Positions 12,167 through 25,102 of a stretch of 64,000 bases of DNA are shown here, piece by piece. Source of the stretch: Rozella allomycis CSF55 (Eukaryota); assembly GCA_000442015.1 (NCBI GenBank), contig KE560937.1, positions 1 through 64,000 of the forward strand, given 5' to 3'. Position numbers and translations under genes: made by a program. Position 1 is the stretch's first letter, and every line of letters starts with the position of its first letter. The notes beneath the pieces were generated by a model that had not been told where the DNA came from, made no database searches, and saw only the letters and a list, made by a program, of their open reading frames with translations.

Positions 12167-12313
12167 TCGATCGAGTGGCGTATGTGGCTTTGAACACGTA
12201 CATTTTTGCTTAATGACTAATCATAAACATCCAAAAATAGCAATAAATAGATGACAAATAGGCTATTTGATTAATTGTATATAATTTCGGGGGCTAATTT
12301 TAATGTCATTTTA

Positions 12314-13335
12314 TTAAGACTCGTTTTCTTCTTCAATGACATTTGAGGAATCCTGCCCGTCCTAATAGCCTTATGCAAGATAATTTACCGTAGAATCGTT
12401 TGGCACTGTATTTCCTTCAGTAGGATCTCCTGGTCTTGTGGTTTTGTACTAATTCAAGTTATCGCAAATGATTACAGCTTCTAATTCTTCTTTATCTTCA
12501 TCTAACACGTTATCTTTATCAATTCTATCTAGAAAAGGAAGTCTGAAAAGTGTTTCTAGTCTGTATATCTCTTCGGTGGACATTGGGTTACCCAAGGCCA
12601 CTAAATGTTTAAGCCTTGGTAACATAGATAGCTTATCTAAAACTGAAAACTTCGAGATCTTATTTTGCCTCAAATTTAAGTATTCTAATGAAACACATGC
12701 TTCCATACCACCTAGGTTCGACAATTGATTTTCCCGCAAATGTAGGTGAGTCAATGAAGGTAATAAATTTAAATCTTTGATCTCCTGTATCTGGTTTTGA
12801 GCTAAATATAGATGAGTCAATTTTTCGGCATTAATCAATGGGGTAGATTTTAGGGAGTTTCCCCGCAAATCGACTTCCACTAAAGATTTCATTTCATCGA
12901 TTTTCACGTTAAAGATAGCATTTTTGTTTAAATTTAACATTACCAATCGTTCCATATTGCTCAGAGAGACTGATGATATGTTATTACAAGAAAAATCTAA
13001 CAATTGAAGGTATTCCAAATTTGAAATAAAGCTTGGTATTTCTTTGATTTGATTTGAGCTGCAATTTAATGTCACGAGATGCCTCATGTTTTCCAGTGCA
13101 TCAATAGATGAAATAAGGTTATTGTTCAAATCCTATATAAATAGTCTTCGCTTATTACAACATGTCTCAGGAATTTGAAGTTTTTTAGAAACGAAATATC
13201 ATTTAATGCAGCTTTGTTTAAGCAAAGCTTTGTGAAAGCGTATCCATTGCCATCAATGGTTTTTTGAACCAATGATAAACCGCTTCTAATACTATCTGAT
13301 GATAAAGGTTGCGGAGATTTTTCTATTTCTTGCAT
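12314..13335 (-). CDS. LRRC23: LRRC23-like axonemal leucine-rich repeat protein
   Basis: N-terminal GLSLVQKTIDGNGYAFTKL, SDS22-type LRRs, cap YRLETLFRLPFLDRIDKD. Confidence 0.75.
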
Positions 13336-14051
13336 AAGATAAACACCCTAATTGTGTAAACTTGTAAACAATTCTGAAAAATAGTCTTTTAAAGCAGCCG
13401 GTATCGTTAAATTTTTGGGATCACAATTAATTAAGACGCACATATAATGGAATTAAGAAATAAAGATTCTATATTCGTATTCATTTATTATCTATTCAAT
13501 ACCAAACGAACTGAATTAAGCGAGGCGCGGAGCCAAATGTATTTTGATTGTTTTGTCAATGACGGGTTAAAGTAAAAGAATGCATTATGCAACTATTTCT
13601 TTTTTTTTTAATTAGTAAAAAAATTTTATTTAAGTAAACATAGATAAATCTTCTATCTTCTTGAAAGATTGCTTGAATATGATCCAGTAATCTATGGCCG
13701 ATAGATTATCTGGATATCTATCGCGAAGGAAGTCTATCGAGTAAAGAGCAAAGGAATGGACAATCAAAACTAAATCCTTCAAATGAGCAAAGAGTGTTGA
13801 AAATTTGGATAAAAGAAGAAGATTTCTCCAGCATCGTCAGTCGATAATCCAGGGATATATATTTTAAGTAATTCATGAATTAGTTGCCAAAGTTGCCTTA
13901 TTCCAACTTGACATTCGAAAAATCTATGAAAAGGCGTGTCATTGAATTGATGACACGTTCTAATTCAAAATGAGATAATATAAACCATTTCAAAATTTAA
14001 AATTTATTGGGAAAAATATTAATTGAGCTTCTTGGAATCTGAAATTTCGAT

Positions 14052-16389
14052 ATGTTTTGGAAGTTTGGATATAACAATTATGGAGCAAGTGGGTTGGAAC
14101 AACTTTTGGATAAGAACGACTTGACCCTAGAGGAATTATTGAATGAAGATGAATTGCTTCAAGAAGCAAAAAGCCAAAACAAGAAACTTATTGACTAGTA
14201 CAATTTCCTTCATTATTTATTAGTTTATCCAAGCCTGAAGTGTTGAAAGAGTTACTTTCCCTAACTATTGCAGAAAATCTTGATGAAAATAAGCAATACA
14301 AGTATTTATATATTTGGAGTTTTTAGTCGATATCCGTATATTGCATCTGAATTGATATGTTGTGATATATGGCCAATGTATGAAAATTTGGTGACAGAAA
14401 AATACCTTTTAAAAGAGTACTGGAAGTATCTTGATAGGAAACGTCCTCTAAATCCATTGACCGCCTCCTATTTTTGTAAAGTGAATGGAATCTTGCTGCA
14501 AAAAATGACTAAAGACGTAATATTAATATCATTTTTCATATTTGATGTTTGAATTTATCAAGGAACAAGATGGTTTAGTTGGGAAAATAGTGACCCATAT
14601 GAATACATCTGCTATTGCTGAATTTTTGTTGAAGCTTGTAGATATGGAAGATAGTCTTTATGACTTTCGCATTGTTTCGGTAAAAGTTCATCAAAGTTCA
14701 CATTAGTGGTTGCAACAGCAAGGATTGATTAAGCACCTATTTAATATGTTAGACCCAAAACTAGATTCCGAGGTTTTTTTAAATTTTTTTATATATTTAG
14801 TCTCATTCAATGGCTTCACAGACCATAGTTGACTTGATTGCGATCACGTATATAAACGCTATGAACAAAGTTAATAGAGAGTGTATTTTATTTCAAGATA
14901 TAAAATCGTATTGAAATATTTACTCTATCAATAGAAAAGAATCCATGACAAAGTTGGTAGATTTCATGACTTTAGAACATGATCATTCAACGTCAACATT
15001 GATTTTCGGAATAGACATTTTGATAGAGTTGATGAGAAGGTCAATTTTGTCAAGAACAATGGATGGCATTCCTGCTGAATTGACCTGCGTAGATGAAACA
15101 ATAGAAGTTTTGTCCAAACGAATTTCCAAGTTTAATGAAATCTTCAAAAATCCAAAATCCTTAGTATATAATAACAATTGTTGTTAATTTCAGAGAGGAG
15201 AAATCAATACTACGGTTGGAAAGATGATACCACTAGGGGCTGAGAGACTAAAACTATGCGAGCTCTTTGCCGAGCTTTTTAGACTTCAAAGCAGAGAAAT
15301 AAATTTAGCCATGATAGAGAATAAGGTTTTATTCTCCTGCCTCGACTTGTTTTTTGAATTCCAGTGGAATAACTTTCTTCACTCTACTGTTTGTGATATG
15401 CTAATTAACGTCTTTGGTGGACCTCCAGAAAGTAATAAGGAGCTAATATTGTCGGTTTTCAGAGATGCGAAAATTTCCCAGAGAATAGTGTATGCACAAA
15501 AACTGAATGATGCCACAGTGTATTTATATATTATGATTTTAACATAGGGCTAAACCAAGGGGATTGCGTTTGGGTTACATGGGCCAAGTCACAATCATTG
15601 TGGATGAAATATTGAAGTTATTGGAAGAGCAACCTGAATATAAAGATCTTTTGGCGGGTACGTAAATTAAATTCTATCAATTGTAGAATACATTAAAGAT
15701 GATGATTGGCAGGAATTCATCAACAAGGCTTACCATGAAACAAAACAACGGGATAGTCAACCTCTTGGAGGACAGAAGCCTGATGTTGAGTCAAATATAC
15801 TCTCAGACCTTGGAGCTGAACAAGAACAAGTAAATATTTATATCCTCTTCCTAAAAGCTGGCCCGTTTTCTAACGCAGAAAATTACCAACGATCTGCCAG
15901 ATACATTTTTCTTCACAGATGAAATTGAAGTCATGCCAAAGTAAGTATTATGTTTACTTGTTTTTTAGTGAAATAAATCCAAACGAAATTGATTTTCTTG
16001 GATCAGGAAATGAAGACGAAAACAGTGAAGAAGAAACAGTAGACGAAACAATAGCAAGTCCAGTAGGAATTGACGAATCAGAGGACTTTTCTCCTACATG
16101 GACTGTAGACTTTGAAACGGCTTTCAAGAATACACCACAGCAAGATTTAACAATATCCACAGATCAAACTGTTTTTGCTATTTCTCCATTAGAGAGTAAT
16201 TTAAATTCATTGGTTATAAACTCTCCCATGTCTCCTAGAGATGCTGAGCACCACGTTAAAGACAGACTAATGAAAGACTCTCACCACGTGGAATTAGTAC
16301 GAGCTGTCAGTCCAAGAGTTGAACTCTCGAAGAGTGATGATGATATCATCAAGAATTTACACATCGACGAAGTGGATTTAGATAAATAA
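14052..16389 (+). CDS. SAPS-domain SIT4/PP6 regulatory subunit
   Basis: MFWKFG...LTLEELLNEDELLQEAK, PLGAERLKLCELFAEL, FQWNNFLH, RLGYMGQ; about 11 introns. Confidence 0.92.
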
Positions 16390-16412
16390 ATTTTTACCTG
16401 CGCCACTTGAAA

Positions 16413-17289
16413 ATGTCAGACTTGGAATCCGTTTCTTCTGAGGTTTCTAATATATCAAACGTAATTGTTGACTTTGATTTTAATAATCCCGAGGAAAAGG
16501 ATTATCATCCCGTGAAATCTCTTCTCACGCTTCAGTTTGGCTCCGAAGGTTCCCATGTTCCAAACCTGTCCAATATGGCCGATATCATTGTTGAGCAAGG
16601 CGGAAATATCGGTACATGCATAAATGTTGATGATATGTGCATGGCTATAAACACAATAATAGACTTGTCTGCGAGCTCGCAAGTAAAAGAAGACATTTTA
16701 AAATTTGTCACACATTCGAAGCCTTTCAAAGGAAATGATAAAATTTTAAAAGAAGTATTTAAACAAAACCATAAAATTGGGCTATTTATAAATGAAAGAG
16801 TAATGAATGTCCCTTGCGATGTTGCCCCGCCTCTTTTTCGACTACTTCACGAAAATATTGCGCAAGTAATGTTTTTACTTGAATTATAGTAGTGTTTTAA
16901 CAAAAACAAGTTTGATTATTACATATTGATTTCAAAAACCTACAAATATTCTCCATCCGGGATTGATTCTGATCGAGAAAATAATCAAACACACCTGAAA
17001 AAGAAACTGAAAAGGAATTTGGAGAATACGCAAACCCAAAATTCAGAAAATATGGTATTTCGATATATAATTTGTAAATTAGTTTGTAAATGCAGAGGAA
17101 GAGTTTTTGTTGCCATTCTCACACTCAACATTTTACATGAAATACTTCATGAGATCTTCAGATGCCAATAGAGTGTTCCAAGATGAATCTGTAGAACAAG
17201 AAAGATGTATAATGTTATTTAAAAATGACGATGACTTGCTTGACAGGATTCGTAAAGTACTGGTTCAAAAAATTGGCCCTGAATTTTAA
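16413..17289 (+). CDS. BCP1: Bcp1/BCCIP
   Basis: VDFDFNNP...DYHPVKSLL, GLFINERVMNVP.DVAPPL, FVNAEEE. Confidence 0.88.
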
Positions 17290-17494
17290 TTTACAGCAAA
17301 GGCCATATTAATAAACATAGTCTTTTAAATATGACTCTTTTTAGTTTTCGCTCTATTGAGAAATCAATTCGTCACCTACTCGTAAATCGTAATCAATGGA
17401 TATTTAAACCTAAAAATATAAGAATTTAGCTTTTTTTTCTTGGGAATCTCCTAAAATTTTCGCCGATTTCTTAGATGAGGTTCTGAATTTTCAG

Positions 17495-18482
17495 ATGGAT
17501 GAGGGAGACGACAAACTTGAGAAAAATTGTTGGATTTGCTTTGAATCTTCAGGAAAAATGATACATCCATGTAAATGTAAAGGTAGCTTAGGATACGTTC
17601 ATCAGCTTTGTTTGTTAACTTGGATAGATTTGCAAGAAGTTATAAATCCTACAGCTGATTTGGTGTGCCCAAATTGCAAAAATCAATACATTATTCTACT
17701 TGAAAAAGAAATTTTAGTCACTATTGGTGATCGTATAGTTTCCTGGTGGTAAGATGTTACATATTTGCCTTCTGAGGTTAAACACTTGTCTTCCCTTGTG
17801 CGTGATTGGTTCTTTGTTTGCATGTGTATATTCTTCTGCGTGGCTTTATGGAAAAGGTACGTCTAAAATGATTTTGGGATCTCGTGAGTATGATTTAATA
17901 ACGAGGAATGTGAAATGGTGGCATGCATATAAAATAATTGGTTTCCCATTGGTTCCTGTTTTTCTGATATCAATGAGATACAAATGGATGCTACATTATA
18001 CATCTGTTACTTTGTACACTATTCTTGCATTTGGCGATCATCCTCATAATGTTAAAAGGGAACTGTTTTATGAAGGACTACTAATTGGGACATTACCTGC
18101 GATTTCACCATTGTACTGTTTCTTAAGAAAGCATTTATTCTCGGGGTTATCGAAACTCTTCTTTAGTAGAAAACGACCGATTAAGGGTGAAGTACTTGGG
18201 AATATGAACGTGGAAGCCGTGAATGATGGGAATGATATCTTCACTGATACAGGGCCAACCTCTGAAACAGAACACTCATTTATCATTGCGACATCTCTCT
18301 TGTTGCCAATTGCGTCCTTTGTAACGGGAAGTTTGGTTTCTTATAAATTGAGGTTGAAACCGATTGCTCGAAATGTGTTAGGAGGTCTTATTTTTGTTTT
18401 GGTGAAGGACTTTGGTTCATGGTTGTATTATGAAAGAAAAAGATTAATTAAGCGAAAGAGAACAATAATCGAATATGAATAA
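17495..18482 (+). CDS. RING-CH (MARCH5-like) membrane E3 ligase
   Basis: CWICF...PCKCKGSLGYVHQLCLLTWI...CPNC followed by TM helices; one 28-nt intron. Confidence 0.85.
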
Positions 18483-18567
18483 AATAATGTTTAGGCAAGT
18501 TAATTAACAATATATACTGTATTCACATTTCAAAGACATTAAGATATTGGAGAAATTTCCAACGTTT

Positions 18568-20988
18568 ATGAGAACTAGTATACGAAGGAATTCTTCAGTG
18601 TCGTTCTCCAAATCAACATCAGTTTTATCATTTAAAACTATACCACAATTAGATATCAAAGCCTTTAACACAAATTCCTTTTCAGTTACTTCGTATATTC
18701 ATAATGCAGCATTACAGGAGCAATCTTGTGAAGATGGTTTAAGGGGACTTTACTATAATTTAAAGCAAACCAAAGATATAGTGGATTCCTCAGTTAAACT
18801 TAGTGTTTACAAGAACTACAACGAGTTTGTCATGATTGCAAAAGAGCTTTCACTTTTTGAAACAGATATGATCACATTGAAAAGCATGTTCAAAGAAAGG
18901 AAATCGCATATAGAGAGTCTTTTGGATGAAATAAATGATGTGGACCTTATCAGAAGGGGATCCTTTCTTGATGTCGAGGAATTTTCGCCAAGCTCTTGTC
19001 AGAATGAGATAAATGTTATTCCAAAATTTAAGAAAACCCTTTCTGCCGCTGCTCTCAGCAATCCATTTGATTCATTATCTCCTGAGAGAGTGAATGAACT
19101 TACAGAGTGGTTTGATGAAGTAGATGTGTGTATGTCTGAGTGTGATTACGACGGAGCCATTGAATATTTATTACAAAGTATCATTTTTTGTCTTTATTTT
19201 TAGTTCAATCCGTTGTAAATGATGAACCAGCCGAGGCTCCCAGAATAATTGACTATCAAAAGAAATTACAGCAGAGAAAAGAAAATCTTACGAAACTCAT
19301 TGGCCATGAGCTTTCTTCATTTTGGATATCCAAAAATAATGGCAAAATGCATATTGAACGCTTGATGAAATTAGGGTTAGCAGAAAAGGCGAAGGATATT
19401 TTTCTTTCTTCAAGAACAGCTTTGATTAAACAGAAGCTTGGAAATATAAGAATCACCGGTGAGATTTCAGACTACCTCTATGAGTACGGTATTATTAAGG
19501 CTACGATGATTAAAAATGCGTGCGACTGGTATAGTGCATGTTTTAATGACAAAAAAATGAGTTCGGGTAAGACTTAAAAGTTGATATGTTATTGCATTCG
19601 TTATTTGGACCAAAAGTGAATTGACAGAAATGATTTCTACAGTCAATAGGTTAATTTTCGATAATAAAAATACCAGTTTCCCAACCATTGCCGAATGCAT
19701 TAGAGGTTTAAAATCCCATATTAAGTCTGTAAATGATTGAGGGTTGTTTAAAACAGATTACTTTTGTGGGAATGGATTTTTCATATTTTGCTGACTGTGA
19801 GTTGCATGAGAAATTGAAGGAGGCCATCATTTCATATAAAAACGAATGTGAAAAGCTATTATCAAAGTATTCTGAAAAAGAAAACTTTGACTACGCTTCG
19901 GCTAAAACAAAAGCGAATCAAAGCCAAGAAAAACACGACGAACAATTCCAGTCAAGTAGATGTTTTCAACAATATTTAATAGCTAATGTAAGCGGTTGTA
20001 CAATAAAGTTTTATAAATTGATTTTAAGTTTCATGAATGATGTTAGCGGAATATTAGCTAATGATGTAACATTCAAATTGATTATGATAATAGCTACATG
20101 ATACATTTATGACGAATTGTATAGATCTTCTTACATATCACTGTAAAATCTTGATAGAGAAGATTAGAATCAATTCTAATTACTCGGATCGTCAGGTATT
20201 AATGTAAAAGAGACGAAAAAGGTATTTAATGTCTTTTATGACATAAAATTTGTTCACCAAAAGTTTTTACCAAGTATTGAACAGCAAATGAAACGTCGTT
20301 TAAATAAAGAAGTCGGTGAATATAACTTGTTAGCAAGTCAAATTGATCGTAAGTATATCATGATTTGAACCTAGAAATGTATGAAAGAGCTATGAAAAAA
20401 TATTTGGAAAAAAGGGCCTCTGATATTTACTTTGGTCTGAAATTAAATTCTGTTGATTATTCTCTAGTAAAAACATGCACCTGACTGTAAAGGATAAAAA
20501 TGTAGAAGACAATTGCAAGATTTCTCCTCCCATTATTCAAGTAGACGTTAATGTACGTTATCAAAGGCTCTTGAATTATTAAACAACATATCATCCGAGT
20601 TAGATTTATCTCTTGACCGGGATCATGTTTTAAAAGTGCTACTGGACAGTATCGCTCTCCATTTCTACTCTAAATTTTCTAATAGCAATAGCATTCTTGC
20701 GCAAATTAAGCCGTTTGGCCTTGGAGGAGTACACCAATATTTGTTGGATATACAATTTTTTATGCATGTCACCAAAGATTATCTTTCCAAAACCGCCAAG
20801 GGTATTTTTAATGAATGCTGTGAATCGTCCCTAAAGCAATTTCTAAATAATAAATTAAATTCCGATAAGCGTGCGCTCTTGAAAGTAAATCAAATACTTT
20901 CTTTGTAATATAGGATTCGAAATGGTTCGACTCTCAGATTCAGAAACAATTAAGCCAATCCTTCCAAAATTTTGGTTCTTCTTTATGA
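18568..20988 (+). CDS. EXO84: Exocyst subunit Exo84-like
   Basis: VYKNYNEFVMIAKELSLFETDM, EVDVCMSECDYDGAIEYL, LMKLGLAEKAKDIFLSSR, FGLGGVHQYLLDIQF. Confidence 0.75.
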
Positions 20989-21114
20989 AAAAATAAACTA
21001 TTACTACTGCAAATATTATATTTTCCTTCAGTTCGATGAATGGGCTCCTCCCTNTCAATTCGAAAAGAAATATAATGAAATTCAATTACTAATTTGTAAA
21101 CAATTAATTCTTCC

Positions 21115-22286
21115 ATGAACGTTCAAGTTGATGTACTACTCTTTGCCCTATTTTATTAGACACCAATAAGTGTTCCTGGAATCGGTAAAATTATCGAACA
21201 AAGAAACAACAAATTCATAAAGCGGGGGTTCGATTTTAAAATAATGGTCGTTGGTACGAAGTTATAATTGCTACTTACATAGGTGCATCCGGTCTAGGGA
21301 AAACTACATTCATGAATACCCTCTTTTCTTATCATTTGAAGGATGTGGATCATCAAAAACCGGTCCTGGAGAAGGGAAAAACTGTAGAAATCAAGGAACA
21401 TTCTTTTGGTAACATATATTCTCTTTTAAAATTGTCATGAATGATAAATATGAAACCTTCCGTTTAAATCAGGGAAAAGAGATTAAGATGCGATTGACAA
21501 TCGTTGACACACCTGGGTTTGGGGATCGGGTGAATAATGACCAATGGTACTCAGAATATATCAACTCGAAAATTAGTTGGGAGCCTATTGTTAATTACAT
21601 AAAGAAACAATATGAGGATTATTTAATTACGGAGTCAAGTGTTGATAGACCATTTCACTTTGCAGATAAAAGAGTTCACCTAGTCTTATATTTCATCGCA
21701 CCAACAGGACATTCGTAATCACAAAAAATTCGATACAAAGACTTAAACCTATAGATATTATTGCTATGAAAAACATAAGTGAACATGCGAACGTAGTACC
21801 AATTATCGCCAAGTCTGACCATCTCACAAGCGAAGAGAGGGAATCATTTAAACAAAGGGTATCCAAGTTGCTTATATCACAGTAGATTAAAAAGGAAATG
21901 GCATTCAATGAAATTAAGTTATATCCTTTTGACTTCCCCAATGAGAATTCAGTTGAAGAGCTGGCATTAAATTCTAAGATCAGAGTAAACATTGTTCGAA
22001 TTCTATTTTTTAGTCTTTCATTCCATTTGCCGTAGTGGGATCTGAACGATTTGTTCTTGGCAATGGCAACAATAAAGCAGGGCACGGAAGAAAAACAAGA
22101 TTTGGAATAATAAACATTGAGGATGAAACTCATTGTGAATTTGTACCTCTCAAAAGTTTTATAATGGAGTAAACATATTTCAAGTCTTCAAAAAGGACGC
22201 ATTTACAGGATCTGATTGACACAACATCAAAACTCCATTATGAAAATTACCGAAGACACGTTTTGTCTTCAGAAGATGTTAAATAA
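21115..22286 (+). CDS. Septin
   Basis: GASGLGKTTFMNTLF, IVDTPGFGD, DKRVH, PIIAKSD, PFAVVGS, HYENYR. Confidence 0.95.
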
Positions 22287-22506
22287 ACTTTTTTGTGCGG
22301 TTCTGAGTGGTACCCTCCATCACTTAAGTGGTATTTTCCATCAGCCACATTTATAATTTCACGCCATGGATCCGGGCGTAGAGTATTACACGCACACTTT
22401 TGTGAATTTTTTTATCTCCGTGCATCCTAGGCATAGATTAAAGAGAACAAGGAGAATTAACAAAGTTGAGTGGAATAAAGGCACACGATACGAGTGCACA
22501 TATCAT

Positions 22507-23146
22507 ATGAAAATGCACCAATCATTGTTTATGAAACCTTTAATTGTTACAATGGAACCTAAGTATGCTGTGCATTCACATATAGGTAAGTAATTCACAT
22601 GTTTATAACCTAGCTGAATTTCATTGCGCGATTACTTCAGTATTTTTCGCTGCACCCGTACTTTTAATATTTTTATTAGACTATATACCGATTCTTGTTA
22701 AATCGAGTATATTATGGTCAATATTCACTGCATTGATGTCAGCAACTTATCACGCGTTAAACTGGAACTTTTTAGGGCAACTAGATTGCATGATGGCGTC
22801 AAGTATGTCAGTTCTTGTCATGTTTGCCATAATGTCTGTTAGATTTCCAATGTACGATGACCTAATAACCACACTGGCTGTATACACAACGCTGCTTTGT
22901 ATTTCACTCTATGCTTCCTTTCCTCAAAAATCAACAATTCTTGCTTTAACTATTATCGGCTTGAATTTAATTCCTATGGCGTGGCTTCTAGTATATTTCG
23001 ATGATAAATTAACATCCACATTTGGAACACTGGCTGTGATATCGTTTTGTTTGGATAGATATCATATAACTGCTTCTCACTCCTTTTGGCATATTTTCGC
23101 AGGTATTGGTATGTTTTTAGGACTTAAAAATGCAATTATTCAATAA
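22507..23146 (+). CDS. Alkaline ceramidase-like (CREST family) membrane hydrolase
   Basis: EPKY...IAEF, SATYHA, QLD and HSFWHIF motifs, with multiple TM helices. Confidence 0.75.
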
Positions 23147-23168
23147 ATGTAATGTAAGGTTTATTGTA

Positions 23169-24244
<1,076 letters not shown>

Positions 24245-24364
24245 TCACCGGGGTTAACTCTCCCGGTTTATCTTAAAAATAAATAATACCCAATTTTGTT
24301 TTTGGTGCGCATAAAATTTTCAGAGCGTGTTGAAGATTGGAAGATTTTTTTTGAAATTTCAGAG

Positions 24365-25032
24365 ATGAATGAGTGTATCAACCATGCGATGGCTATTCAC
24401 CAAGTGACGTCTTTATTGCATAAAAAACTGGATGTGTAATTAGTATCAAGAAATAATACAGAATCACCGACACTGACCAAATGGAGAGGATTAGCCGTGA
24501 TTTGCAAATATTAGACCAGGAAATGCTAAACACGCTGGAATCATTGAGAGAATTTATGGATAAAGATAAAAAAGCGTGTGAATCGGAATGGCTTACATCT
24601 CCTTTAACTAGGTGCGTGAGAAACGTGGTGAATCAACAAAAAGACGTTTATGAAAAGAAATGCGATGCTAAATTTAACGACAAGGAAAATAATGTTTTTT
24701 ATGACAAGGAAGAGTGTTTAGAAGACTATATAGAGATGGAGATAGGTAAACTAGAGGGAATTTTCGAAACGAATGCGTCTGAGAATGATTCAAAACGATC
24801 GAGATGTACTAATAGAGAAAGAGAAGCAGTTGAATATAGATCTTTGAAAGAATCGACATTGTCATGTTCATCGTCTCAAAGCGAAAGTAGTGGGGATGAT
24901 GAATTGAGGTTGAAAATGGAGGAGCTTGAATATTCCAACTTGGCAAGGCTTGAGATTCTATTTCAAGACTTTTTAAAACGAAAGGAGTTAGATGGGAATA
25001 ACTTTTTGAAGAATAAAAAAAGAAATTGTTAG
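24365..25032 (+). CDS. Hypothetical acidic coiled-coil protein
   Basis: 183-aa ORF plus a short upstream exon through a GT-AG intron; no motif recognised. Confidence 0.55.
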
Positions 25033-25102
25033 ATAATTTAACAAGTTTAACGATACATGCTTTTTGTTTAAGAGATATTTTCTTCATTTAAGAAATATTG
25101 TT

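Noticed and set aside
13336-14051. Long divergent intergenic region possibly hiding a gene
   Set aside because: No coherent spliced ORF or RNA motif could be built.
24247-24268. Hairpin ACCGGG...CCCGGT upstream of PRMT1
   Set aside because: A single short stem, compatible with chance.
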